Shown: in pieces, positions 50,819-60,996 of the stretch
Layout of the letters: every line of letters starts with the position of its first letter
How positions within the stretch are numbered: position 1 is the first letter of the stretch
Assembly: GCA_965242965.1 (NCBI GenBank)
Contig: OZ251518.1
Location: forward strand, 672,001 to 736,000
DNA: 64,000 nt
Direction: 5' to 3'
Origin: Candidatus Poribacteria bacterium
GTDB lineage: Bacteria; Poribacteria; WGA-4E; WGA-3G
Notes under the pieces: generated by a model
The model's input: the letters and a program-made list of their open reading frames with translations, nothing else
What the model was told of the DNA's origin: nothing
Database searches by the model: none
Position numbers and translations under genes: made by a program

Positions 50819-53023
50819 ATGCGAAAATCGATAACCATCTTTATTCTGCTATCACTTTTATATCCGATGCTTCTGTTTGCGCATCAGGAAGGCACAGGCG
50901 AGCATGTCGTTTCGGCATATCGCATTGCCGAGGAGCCGCCGCACATTGACGGTAAACTTGACGATACGGTGTGGCAGCACGCCGAACCTGTCCGTGGTTT
51001 CGTTCAGTTGGAACCCGCGCGCGGCGAAGCGGCGACAGACGATACGGAATTCCGCATTGCCTACGATGCGCATCACCTTTACGTCGCCTTCCGATGCTAC
51101 GATGCCGAACCCAAAAAGGTCATCAATCGTATCACGCGGCGCGGCGATGTCTACGAATCCGATGTCATCGCTTTCTTTTTGGATCCGCACCATGATCACC
51201 GGACCGGCTACAAATTCGCCACAACCCCCGGCGGTGTCCAAAGCGATAATTACCGTTATGAAGACACGCGGCGCGATAGCAATTGGAAAGGCATCTGGTG
51301 GGTGGAAGGCACTATTGATGCACTCGGCTGGACAGCGGAGTTTAAAATTCCGTTCGCCAACTTCCGATTTACCGATAAACCGACGCAAACTTGGGGATTT
51401 GACGTTGAAAGAGTCAACCGCCGAAAAAGCGAAGTCACTGTCTGGAAGCAGTTGACGCAGGCGGGTGTCGTCACGCGGATGTCCGACCTCGGGCATATGG
51501 TGGGCATTGCTGATATTGACACGGGAAAGAACTTTGAAATCTCGCCTTATCTGTTAGGCGGCGGTTCCGATGAATCAGATGCGGCTGGCGGACAATTCGG
51601 GACTGGTGTGGATGTCCAATACAATCTCACCAGCGCGCTGAAGGCAAACATGACGCTGAATCCCGACTTCGCGCAAGTTGAAGCAGACCAGCTGGAGATT
51701 AATCTGACCCGGTTTCCGACGCGTTTTCCCGAGAAACGTCCGTTTTTTGTAGAGGGAAATAGTTTTTTTGAGACACCGTATGATTTGGTGTTTAGTCGCC
51801 GGATTGGGAGTCGGGGCAATATCTTGTGGGGCGGCAAACTTACCGGGAAAGTCGGTGAGTATTCGCTCGGGGTTTTGGGAAACCAGACCGGGGAATTTGG
51901 GCTTTTCAATGAAACAGATTCGCCGCTAGAAACGCAGGCAGAGTCGGCGTGGTTTTCGGCGGTGCGGCTCAAACGCGACATCCTCAAACGTTCTAACATC
52001 GGGATTTTGGTGGCGAACAAGGAGCAGGCGGATACGCACAGCCGCGTCGGTGGTGTTGACATGAACCTCGCGCTCGGCAAAACCTATCATCTTACCGGGC
52101 AATATGCTGGCAGTTTCCACCCGGGCGAGGATACGGACAACTTCGCCGCCACCGTCGATTTCGCGCAGCGGAACTATCTCTGGAGCAGCCTTGTCGGAGT
52201 GGAGCATGTTGCGCCGAACTTTGACATCAACCAGACAGGATTTCTCCGCAAGGAGCGGCATCGCGGGTGGCAGCGCGTCTATCTGCGGGGCTCCTATGCG
52301 CCGAAGTGGGCAACGCGGGATATTTATGCGAGCCTCAGCACCCGTTTATCGCAAAACCTCTGGACACCGGCATATTTTACCGATTGGGCATCGCGCAATC
52401 CTGAATTAGCCATCTCGCCTGAATTTGACGAAGACTTGTTGGATTGGTATGTCCGCGCTGAGGTGAGCCTCGGATTCAGGGAGAAGTTTTTTGATGGCAT
52501 TCAGGCTTACTACTACCGCAGCCGCGAGGTGGAGCTCACCGAGGTTTTCACGGCGAACGGCTACGGGTTTTTTGTCGATACCAATTCCACGAAGCCAATT
52601 GAGGTTGGCGTGGGAGTAACGTTCGCGGACTATTTCAACTTCACGCGGCAGCAGACTGGCAAACAGCGGCAGCTTCTCTTTGCGTTAACGCTTCGGCCCC
52701 GGAGTAATTTTTCGGTGGAATTAGACAGCAGTTATGCGCAGACACTCGATCTGGCGGGCACAATTGATGGCAGATTTTTCGTCAGTTCCTTGCGCGGTAC
52801 CTATCTATTCACACGTGAGACGTTCCTGCGTATTTTCGCGCAGACCGGGCGTGAACGGCCGTTCTCCACCGATGTCAACGAAGACTATTTGTTGAGTCTC
52901 TTGTTCGGTTGGGAGTATCGTCCGAAGAGTCATTTCTTCGTTGCCTACAATGAGGCTTGGCGCAATGGCGCGTTGGATAATCGCGTGCTTGTGGTGAAGG
53001 TGACGTATCTTTACAATTTGTAG
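50819..53023 (+). CDS. CBM9-like + DUF5916 outer-membrane protein
   Basis: Signal peptide, IDGKLDD..W, WTAEFKIPF, LNPDFAQVEAD, EKRPFFVEG, beta-strand C-terminus. Confidence 0.87.
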   Translation: MRKSITIFILLSLLYPMLLFAHQEGTGEHVVSAYRIAEEPPHIDGKLDDTVWQHAEPVRGFVQLEPARGEAATDDTEFRIAYDAHHLYVAFRCYDAEPKKVINRITRRGDVYESDVIAFFLDPHHDHRTGYKFATTPGGVQSDNYRYEDTRRDSNWKGIWWVEGTIDALGWTAEFKIPFANFRFTDKPTQTWGFDVERVNRRKSEVTVWKQLTQAGVVTRMSDLGHMVGIADIDTGKNFEISPYLLGGGSDESDAAGGQFGTGVDVQYNLTSALKANMTLNPDFAQVEADQLEINLTRFPTRFPEKRPFFVEGNSFFETPYDLVFSRRIGSRGNILWGGKLTGKVGEYSLGVLGNQTGEFGLFNETDSPLETQAESAWFSAVRLKRDILKRSNIGILVANKEQADTHSRVGGVDMNLALGKTYHLTGQYAGSFHPGEDTDNFAATVDFAQRNYLWSSLVGVEHVAPNFDINQTGFLRKERHRGWQRVYLRGSYAPKWATRDIYASLSTRLSQNLWTPAYFTDWASRNPELAISPEFDEDLLDWYVRAEVSLGFREKFFDGIQAYYYRSREVELTEVFTANGYGFFVDTNSTKPIEVGVGVTFADYFNFTRQQTGKQRQLLFALTLRPRSNFSVELDSSYAQTLDLAGTIDGRFFVSSLRGTYLFTRETFLRIFAQTGRERPFSTDVNEDYLLSLLFGWEYRPKSHFFVAYNEAWRNGALDNRVLVVKVTYLYNL

Positions 53024-53545
53024 TAGGAGGGACATCCTTGTCCCGAAGCATCGAGACCGGGAGGTCTCTCCTACCGGGCGAGATCGCGGGGGACAGGCCC
53101 CCGCGCTACGGTAAAAAACGTCCCCTTCACCGTAGGGCGAGGGCCTGTCCCTCGCCATGCTTTTTGCTAGCAGACCGCATCCCCCCTGTAGGTCAGGATC
53201 GCCTGATCCTGACCCGTTTGTGATCAGGCGATCACAAACTACAGATAGGGGAGAACAAAAAACGTCTCTTGTTCTCTTCAGGTCCGTAGGACCTTAATGT
53301 CTATAGCCTGCGCGCCCGCGAAGAATCCTAAGGTCCTTTAGGTCCTTAATAGGTTTTGCCAGGGCCGCGTGTTTTTATTAAGGACCTAAAGGACCTTGAA
53401 AACGGGCCGACACGTGCTGCTATAGACATGTAGGACCTAAAGGACCTAAGATGGCCTCTTGACGCTGGCGATCGCGGGGGACAGGCCCCCGCGCTACGGG
53501 AACATCGAGACCAGGAGGTCTCTCCTACCGGGGTGCAAAATTTCG

Positions 53546-55156
53546 TTACCGGACACCGAGTGCCGAGGGACGTTCTTGCACGACAGGAATCACATAACTC
53601 CGAATCGTCAGCCCATCCAATTCCTCTGTTTCGACACGCGGCACCGGCGTTTGACGATGGTCGAACACGACGTAATATCCCTGCTGCATGCCTTCCGCTT
53701 GGAGATAGACGGCGAGTTGCTGCTTGCCGGCTTGATGTGATTTCTCGCCTTGCCAAATTTTGGTTTCAACGATATGCTTCTGCCCGGCGTGGAAAATCAC
53801 CAGGTCTGCCCGGCCGCGCCCGGTTTGCACTTCCAGCAGCATGTTGCCGCGCACCTGCCTTACAAACTGATCGAGATAGGCGAACAGCAGAGACTGCCCT
53901 ATGTATTCTTGGGGTGTTTGCGGCACCTGGAGTATACGAAACCCTGCGCGTGCGATGAAGTCGCGGAAGTTATCTAGCAGCCCAGCCATGTCAATTCCAC
54001 CAGCAGGCGTGAGGTAATCGTAATAACCGTTGCCGGTATCCTGCGGATAATATTCTGCCTCTAGTCCGTTAATCGTCGGTTTGAAGGTTTGCAGGATACG
54101 GTATAAATAGATGGGATTGGCGATCTCGCACTGCCGGTTCGCGCCACGTTTGATAACCCCGTAGGTGGCAAGTTCGCTGATGTCCTCATCGTCTAGATTG
54201 AAGTCTTGGCTTCCATCGTCCGAGGTGATGCGCATTAGCACGCGTTGAAAGCGCGGGTTCCGACGAACATTGGTAGTGAGGTGCGTGATATTGACGTTCC
54301 GTTCGGTCAGGATTTCCTTGTGTGCCTCCAAAAAGTGCGCCATGCCGATCGTCTCGGCTTTTGGAATGTCCATCTCTTCGGTGAGTATCTGCGCCATACG
54401 GTTGACGAGGAACGGCTGTCCGCCTGTCTGTTTATGCAGATTTTCAACCACTTCTGGCGCGAATGCTTGCCCCACTTCATCGGTATATTGTCCGAACAGT
54501 TCATGCACTTGTGTTAAGGTAAAGTTGGGTAGACTGAAGTCGTCTTGGATATTAAACGGCGAAACAGACCAGTCGTAGTTCAACTGCGACACACTCTTCA
54601 CACCGGTAATGCCGACGCTATAGGGGCAGCGGGGCAGCTCTTCATCATCGGTGAGGTAGATGCGGCGGAGTGTGTAGAGAAAATCGCTTAGTGCCGCGGG
54701 CGGAATGCCGTCAAACTCGTCGATGACGATGACAACCCGTTGTTCTGGTAACAATCCCGCGAGGTGCCGAAAGAACCTTCCCATTGAGAAGTGATCGGTG
54801 AGGGTTGTGCTTTCTAGAAAACGCGCGAGGGCATCCGGCAGAACCTGCCCGCGCCGGCGGAATACCTTGCGGATTTCCTCGTGAATATCTTCATAAAGAT
54901 AGTGGTAGAAATCTGCCAGTGACGCGTTGCGAAACACTTGGAAATCGAGTTGGATAGGCAAATAGTCGGGTGCCTCCGCTGTCAGTCGCTGGAAAGCCCA
55001 GTGAAAAAAGGTGGTTTTGCCTGTCTGCCGCGGCGCGAAAAGCACGATGTATTTTCCCTGTTTCACGCGGTTGATGAAATCGGCGAGTTCTGTCTCGCGG
55101 GGGACGACGTAGTGTTTGTCAGGATAGACGCGTCCTTGCGTCCAAAAATTTCTCAT
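53546..55156 (-). CDS. AAA-like ATPase with C-terminal PD-(D/E)XK-type domain
   Basis: APRQTGKTT, VIDEFD, SPFNI, TGGQPFLVN, GRADL...VETK....QL..Y. Confidence 0.87.
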   Translation of the reverse strand: MRNFWTQGRVYPDKHYVVPRETELADFINRVKQGKYIVLFAPRQTGKTTFFHWAFQRLTAEAPDYLPIQLDFQVFRNASLADFYHYLYEDIHEEIRKVFRRRGQVLPDALARFLESTTLTDHFSMGRFFRHLAGLLPEQRVVIVIDEFDGIPPAALSDFLYTLRRIYLTDDEELPRCPYSVGITGVKSVSQLNYDWSVSPFNIQDDFSLPNFTLTQVHELFGQYTDEVGQAFAPEVVENLHKQTGGQPFLVNRMAQILTEEMDIPKAETIGMAHFLEAHKEILTERNVNITHLTTNVRRNPRFQRVLMRITSDDGSQDFNLDDEDISELATYGVIKRGANRQCEIANPIYLYRILQTFKPTINGLEAEYYPQDTGNGYYDYLTPAGGIDMAGLLDNFRDFIARAGFRILQVPQTPQEYIGQSLLFAYLDQFVRQVRGNMLLEVQTGRGRADLVIFHAGQKHIVETKIWQGEKSHQAGKQQLAVYLQAEGMQQGYYVVFDHRQTPVPRVETEELDGLTIRSYVIPVVQERPSALGVR

Positions 55157-55286
55157 CGGGGTGGCTCCTTATTGTCTCGTGCTTCAAGTTTAATTATTCT
55201 ATCAATTTGCGAAAATGAAATCAAGGAAATTCCGCGAGATAGGAGCATTGCGCGGTAAGGATCGTTAATCTTAATCTTGACTTAGA

Positions 55287-55341
55287 CATTTTTCTTGACA
55301 AAGGTGTAGGAATAGGGTATAATAATAATCTAATGGACAAG
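55287..55341 (+). promoter_or_regulatory. Consensus sigma70 promoter block, copy 1
   Basis: TTGACA (55295-55300), 17 bp, TATAAT (55318-55323). Confidence 0.8.
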
Positions 55342-55704
55342 ACAAGAATTCAAGACCGGGAGGTCTCTCCTACTGGAAGCGATCGCGGGGGACAGGCCCC
55401 CGCGCTACGATGAAAAAAAACGCCCCCTTCACCGTAGGGCGAGGGCCTGTCCCTCGCCATGATGAAGTTCGGTTACGGTGTTTGTCGAGACCGGGAGGTT
55501 TCTCCTACTGAAGAGATCGAGACCGGGAGGTTTCTCCTACTAGACGAGATCGCGGAGGACAGGCCCCCGCGCTACGATGGAAAAAACGTCCCCTTCACCG
55601 TAGGGCGAGGGCCTGTCCCTCGCCATTTTTTGACGCGGTGGGTTCGGGGAGGACAGCCTCCAGCGGCCGCTGCTATGCCGGTTTCCTAATTGTAACGCGC
55701 CTTT

Positions 55705-56193
55705 TCAATCAGGAGTCATAGTACTGCCAGAGTTTCCCTCCTGTAACCATGTATATGGATTTTCAACGCGCACGTGGAGATGTTCACTAAGACGTTTCGC
55801 GCGTTTGAGCATGCTGTCGTCTGTCGTCAGAAGGACCGCTGCATCTGCACTCTCCGCGCAGGCAATATGCAAGGCATCAAACCACTTAAAACCGAGGGCT
55901 TCTAACTGAGTGGCGCGTGCAGTTTCCGTTTCGCCAATAAGAACCATTTGCTGCGCTAGATTAAATGTGGCAGATATCTCATCGCGTTCTGTCAAATGAG
56001 GGTTCTCATCAACTTCATTGACTAAAACCTCACTGATAATCCAATGCAGTTGTCCTGTTGAAAAATAGTCAAGGATTTCTTCAACGGCCTCGGTTTCAGC
56101 GCGCACCCGGTCTTGCGTCTGGTCGTCATAGGGGCGGCCTAGACAACAGGTATCCAGATAGATTTTCTGATAGGGGTGGAACTGCATTTGCAC
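55705..56193 (-). CDS. PIN-domain (VapC-like) toxin
   Basis: IYLDTCC..RPYDD, DALHIACAE, LLTTDD, ENP. Confidence 0.9.
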   Translation of the reverse strand: MQMQFHPYQKIYLDTCCLGRPYDDQTQDRVRAETEAVEEILDYFSTGQLHWIISEVLVNEVDENPHLTERDEISATFNLAQQMVLIGETETARATQLEALGFKWFDALHIACAESADAAVLLTTDDSMLKRAKRLSEHLHVRVENPYTWLQEGNSGSTMTPD

Positions 56194-56201
56194 GAAGGCA
56201 T

Positions 56202-56687
56202 CTACTCCTTTTCTCTCAGCGGATTATTCTCGCGCTTCTCGCGGATTCGCGCCAGAAATTCTTCCTTATCCACTGTGTCCAGCCAGTTGCGACGCGCAAC
56301 CGTGGCATCGCCTGTCCCCGGTTTACACAACCTGCCGAATTTCATCAGGGCGGCGGCACCCAGCTGCTCTCCAATCGCATGGAGCCCAAACTGATAAAGT
56401 GCCGAATCTGTCATTTCATTGATGGCCTCCCACAGTTCACTGCGGGCACAACTTATAGGCAGGCTTGACTCTGGCTGCTGCGGTGCCAACTCTTGCATCC
56501 CTTGTGCAATCGTCTCCGCCTCCATGCGCTCCACCCATTTATAGCGGGCTGCGGCCTGCTCGCCGCGAGAAATTTGACTATATTGAAGAAACCGCTTCAA
56601 CCCAACCGGACCTAGGTTATCCAAAAGCACCTCAAGAACCAGGAGATATACCTTCCGGTCTGTCATATCTCGGATGTTCATTTCCAC
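56202..56687 (-). CDS. Putative antitoxin with internally duplicated domain
   Basis: Immediately upstream of PIN; two similar halves (MTD...LG....RF/KF....G....R..W). Confidence 0.75.
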   Translation of the reverse strand: MEMNIRDMTDRKVYLLVLEVLLDNLGPVGLKRFLQYSQISRGEQAAARYKWVERMEAETIAQGMQELAPQQPESSLPISCARSELWEAINEMTDSALYQFGLHAIGEQLGAAALMKFGRLCKPGTGDATVARRNWLDTVDKEEFLARIREKRENNPLREKE

Positions 56688-56761
56688 TCACCTCCAATTA
56701 TCTATTTTACCTTAAGGTTTCGCAAAATGTCAAGCAGATTTTCCAAGCGAAATAGAGACTT

Positions 56762-56816
56762 CATTTTTCTTGACAAAAGTGTAGGAATAGGGTATAATAA
56801 TAATCTAATGGACAAG
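56762..56816 (+). promoter_or_regulatory. Consensus sigma70 promoter block, copy 2
   Basis: TTGACA (56770-56775), 17 bp, TATAAT (56793-56798); 54/55 identical to 55287-55341. Confidence 0.8.
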
Positions 56817-56971
56817 CATCAAGACCGGGAGGGATTTCCTACTGGGTAGGAGGGACATCCTTGTCCCGACATTGACAAGACATCGAGACCAGGAGGTCTC
56901 TCCTACCGGTGTTTGTTGAGACCAGGAGGTCTCTCCTACTGAAGAAATGTATAAAAAGGAGGTATTGACAG

Positions 56972-57550
56972 ATGAAAATTATGATGTGTTTATTTTTGTT
57001 GGTGTTTTTTGCATCGCCGATATGCGGTGCGCTCACCGACGCGGATTTGGAACAGATTCGCAAGATTACGGAGACTGCCAATGCGAAAACGGAGGCACGT
57101 ATCAAGGCATACGTAGACCTCAAAATCGAGGCATCGGAGAAGGCAACCATAGCCAAAATCGAGGCGTTGGAGAAGGCAACCACAGCCAGAATCGACGCAG
57201 TGAAAACCGAAATCGAGGGATTGCGGGTGGCAACCGCAACCGAAATCAAAGGATTGCGGGAGGCAAACACAATTGAGGTTCGCGCGGTGAAAGAGGAGGT
57301 CAAAACATCGCGCGCTACCCTCTATTGGTGGATAGGGTTGTCAATAGCGGCGTTCGGTTTTTTCTATCACCAGTTGAACGGGATACAACGGACACTGGGG
57401 CGGTTGCTGGAACGCACTGACATCATCGTAGAGGAATGGATGCGGCGTTCGGCGGAGTTGGATGCGGAGCGAGAGGAAAATGCGGCGTTGCGCGCCGAGA
57501 ACGAACGCCTGAAAGCACAACTCGGTGCCAAGGAGAGTTTGAAGGTATAA
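56972..57550 (+). CDS. Signal peptide + hendecad coiled coil + TM protein
   Basis: AGGAGG SD, signal peptide, 11-aa repeats KIEA.EKAT.A, TM LYWWIGLSIAAFGFFY. Confidence 0.8.
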   Translation: MKIMMCLFLLVFFASPICGALTDADLEQIRKITETANAKTEARIKAYVDLKIEASEKATIAKIEALEKATTARIDAVKTEIEGLRVATATEIKGLREANTIEVRAVKEEVKTSRATLYWWIGLSIAAFGFFYHQLNGIQRTLGRLLERTDIIVEEWMRRSAELDAEREENAALRAENERLKAQLGAKESLKV

Positions 57551-57903
57551 AGCCTCTTTTACCGTAGGGCGAGGGCCTGTCCCTCGCCGTGTTGCAGTTC
57601 GGTTACGGTGTTTGTCGAGACCGGGAGGTCTCTCCTACCGATGTTGCGTTGAGCGCGGGAGGGTTCTCCTGCTGGACGCGATCGCGGTGGACAGGCCCCC
57701 GCGCTACGATGAAAAAAACGCCCTATTCACCGTAGGGCGAGGGCCTGTCCCTCGCCGTGCAGGGGGATGACGAACGATCGCGGGGGACAGGCCCCCGCGC
57801 TACGGTACATAGAGTGCAACTGAAAATCGCGGGGGACAGGCCCCCGCGCTACGATGAATAAAAACGCCCCCTTCACCGTAGGGCGCGAAAAGGAGGCACA
57901 CAC

Positions 57904-58698
57904 ATGGTTTCCGCAAAAGCGATTCAAGAAACTTGTAATGACATCATCCGTGAATTCGCACCGCAACAAGTTATCCTCTTCGGTTCTTACGCGTATGGCA
58001 CACCGACAGAAGACTCCGATGTCGATCTGTTTGTCGTGATGACAGGCATGAAATCAAACGCGCGCGAGGAAGCATGGGAAATGAAAAAACGCCTCCCTGA
58101 GCGGTTCCGTCTCGATTTACACGTGCGCTCACCGGAAGAGTTGGCGTATCGCGTCTCGCATAACGACTGGTTTCTGCGCGAGATTCTCGAAAAAGGCGAT
58201 GTGCTTTATGAAAATGGACAAACCTCCTCGGGCGCGAAGGCTTATCCCGCGCCCGGTCGGTTGGAGGCTTTGGTGCCGATTTGGCAGGAGGCAGGTGCGA
58301 TGAACCCGTTGACACTTGAATGGGTAGAGTTGGCTGAGGCCGATTATGGTTCGGTGAAGTTGCATCTTGAGCATGCATTCAAACCCCCGTTCTATAATAT
58401 CATTTGTTTCCACGCGCAGCAGTGTATCGAAAAATACCTGAAGGCGTGGTTACAGGAAGCGAACCTCCCGACACCGCGCACGCACGAATTGAATGAGTTA
58501 TTGGATTTGTGCGTGCCGACGCGCCCGGCGTGGGAAGCGTGGCGCAGTGATTTTTCGGCGTTTGATAAATACGCTGTCGATGCGCGTTATCCCGGTTATA
58601 TCGCGACGGAAGCGGATGCTGAGCATGCAGTGGGCATCTGCAACGAGGTGCGTCAGACAGTTCGCGACATGCTGGCACTCGGCGAAGAGGCGGACTGA
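57904..58698 (+). CDS. Fused MNT-HEPN protein (paralog of 37027-37797)
   Basis: LFGSYAYG...SDVDL; ICFHAQQCIEKYLKA, RTHEL, ARYPG. Confidence 0.88.
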   Translation: MVSAKAIQETCNDIIREFAPQQVILFGSYAYGTPTEDSDVDLFVVMTGMKSNAREEAWEMKKRLPERFRLDLHVRSPEELAYRVSHNDWFLREILEKGDVLYENGQTSSGAKAYPAPGRLEALVPIWQEAGAMNPLTLEWVELAEADYGSVKLHLEHAFKPPFYNIICFHAQQCIEKYLKAWLQEANLPTPRTHELNELLDLCVPTRPAWEAWRSDFSAFDKYAVDARYPGYIATEADAEHAVGICNEVRQTVRDMLALGEEAD

Positions 58699-59194
58699 AT
58701 CCTGTTGAACAGGCCGCTGCGATTTTTTTTCTTGACAAATCTATCGCGTTTTGGCATAATAGAAATTATTAGTTATTCGGGTGCCGTTCTTCTATAGACA
58801 TTAAGGTCTTCCAGACCTTAAGAAAAACCTGTTCCGCCGTAGGCGAGTTCGGCCACGGCATCAAGACCGGGAGGGCTCTCCTACCGGACGACGATCGCGG
58901 GGGACAGGCCCCCGCGCGACGGTCAAAAAAACGCCTCCCCCTTCAACGTAGGGCGAGGGCCTGTCCCTCGCCATGCCGGGAATGACGAGAGATCGCGGGG
59001 GACAGGCCCCCGCGCGACGGTCAAAAAAACGCCTCCCCCTTCAACGTAGGGCGAGGGCCTGTCCCTCGCCATGCATGCCGCGTGGCGAGGCGGTGCGCAA
59101 ATAAACTTGACAACTTGCTTGGAAGAAGGTATCCTAACGTGACAGAAACTCCTCTGACATGCGGCCTCCGACTTTCATCAAGAAGGAGACGTTC

Positions 59195-59677
59195 ATGTCA
59201 AAGGGAGAAAAACCGAGTAAATTTGAGAGTCTAATGCGCTTACTAGATAACAATGGTGGGCCCGTGCTGGCATTGCTGGCCTTGTTGGCCTTCGTTGTTT
59301 ATCTGGTTTACGCGCATGTTTATCCGACTAACGCCGTGGTGAAGACGTTGGAGCGGCATGGCAGTGCTGCACAAGTTGTCTCCGTTGCGTTCATTTTACT
59401 GGTTGCGTTAGTTGCATGGGGGTATAGAAAAGTGTTATTTAAGATTGCTGAGCGGGAACAGCTCAGAGAACGCGTCATCCGATCGGAGGCGCACACCGCC
59501 GAATGGAAAGAACGTGCCACCCAGTTGGAAGCGCGCAACGCTGAGTTGGAAGACAGCAAAGCCCAATGGGAGCAACGCTTCACCCAATCGGAAGCGCGCA
59601 ACGCCGAACTTGAACGGCGCATCGCCGAATTGGAAAACGGAAGACAGCAGCCTCCCGATGAGGAAGAACAGCACTAA
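59195..59677 (+). CDS. 2-TM + coiled-coil protein, tandem copy 1
   Basis: AAGGAG SD, two TM helices, heptad C-terminus. Confidence 0.75.
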   Translation: MSKGEKPSKFESLMRLLDNNGGPVLALLALLAFVVYLVYAHVYPTNAVVKTLERHGSAAQVVSVAFILLVALVAWGYRKVLFKIAEREQLRERVIRSEAHTAEWKERATQLEARNAELEDSKAQWEQRFTQSEARNAELERRIAELENGRQQPPDEEEQH

Positions 59678-59944
59678 GTTGACCGCGTTTCGCGCGGCGG
59701 AGTGCATCGAGACCGGGAGGTCTCTCCTACTGGTAGGAGGGACATCCTTGTCCCGACAGTGACAAAAATCGAGACCGGGAGGTCTCTCCTACGGGACGAA
59801 CGATCGCGGGGGACAGGCCCCCGCGCTACGTAATAACGGTCCGGTCCATCGTAGGGCGAGGGCCTGTCCCTCGCCATGCCAGGGAATGACGACAATCGCG
59901 GGGGACAGGCCCCCGCGCTACGGTGTATGGATAGGGAGACGTTC

Positions 59945-60406
59945 ATGTCAAAGGGAGAAAAACCAAGTAAATTTGAGAATCTGATGCGCTTACTAGATAA
60001 CAATGGTGGACCGGTGCTTGCATTTCTTGCATTGCTTGCCTTCCTTGCTTATCTCACTTACGCGCATGTTTATCCGACTAACGCCGTGGTGAAGACGTTG
60101 GAGCGGCATGGCAGTGCTGCACAAGTTGTCTCCGTTGCGTTCATTTTACTGGTTGCGTTAGTCGCATGGGGGTATAGAAAAGTGTTATTTAAGATTGCTG
60201 AGCGGGAACAGCTCAGAGAACGCGTCATCCGATCGGAGGCGCACACCGCCGAATGGAAAGCACGCGCCACCCAATTGGAAGCGCGCAACGCTGAGTTGGA
60301 AGACAGCAAGACTGAGTTGGAAGACAGCAACGCTGAACTCAGAGCGCGCATCGCCGAATTGGAAAACGGAAGACGGCAGCCTCCCGATGAGGAAGAACGG
60401 GACTAA
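59945..60406 (+). CDS. 2-TM + coiled-coil protein, tandem copy 2
   Basis: GGAG SD; near-identical to copy 1 with a shorter coil. Confidence 0.75.
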   Translation: MSKGEKPSKFENLMRLLDNNGGPVLAFLALLAFLAYLTYAHVYPTNAVVKTLERHGSAAQVVSVAFILLVALVAWGYRKVLFKIAEREQLRERVIRSEAHTAEWKARATQLEARNAELEDSKTELEDSNAELRARIAELENGRRQPPDEEERD

Positions 60407-60677
60407 GCCCATCGCGTTTCGCGCGATGGAGTGCATCGAGACCGGGAGGTCTCTCCTACGGGACGACGCTCGCGGGGGACAGGCCCCCGCGCTACGTAAT
60501 AACGGCCCGTTCCGCGGCCCGTAGGGCGAGGGCCTGTCCCTCGCCATGCCAGGGATGAACGAACGCTCGCGGGGGACAGGCCCCCGCGCTACGTAATAAT
60601 GGCACGTTCCGCGGCCCGTAGGGCGAGGGCCTGTCCCTCGCCGTGCCGGGGAATAACGAATGCCGTTCTCCTATAGA

Positions 60678-60981
60678 CATTTTACTGGTTGCATTAGTTG
60701 CCTGGAGGTATAGAAACATGTTATTTAAGGTTGCCGAGCGTGAAGAGTTAATAGCGCGCATCGCCGAATTGGAAGAACGCAAGGCCAAATTGGAAGAACG
60801 CGACGCTGAACTGAAATGGCGAGCTGCCGTACTAACTGCACTGGAACAGGGGGGTGCCAAATTTGTTGAACTAGAACGGCGTGTTACCGAACTTGAATCG
60901 CGCGATGCAAAAAAAACAGCGCGCATTGCCGAATTGGAAAACGGAAGACAGCAGCCACCCGATGAGGAAGAACAGCAATAA
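60678..60981 (+). pseudogene. 5'-truncated third paralog of the 2-TM coiled-coil gene
   Basis: ILLVALVAW.YR..LFK.AERE ... RIAELENGRQQPPDEEEQ; N-terminal half replaced by repeats. Confidence 0.7.
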
Positions 60982-60996
60982 CGACCCGTTCTCCCA

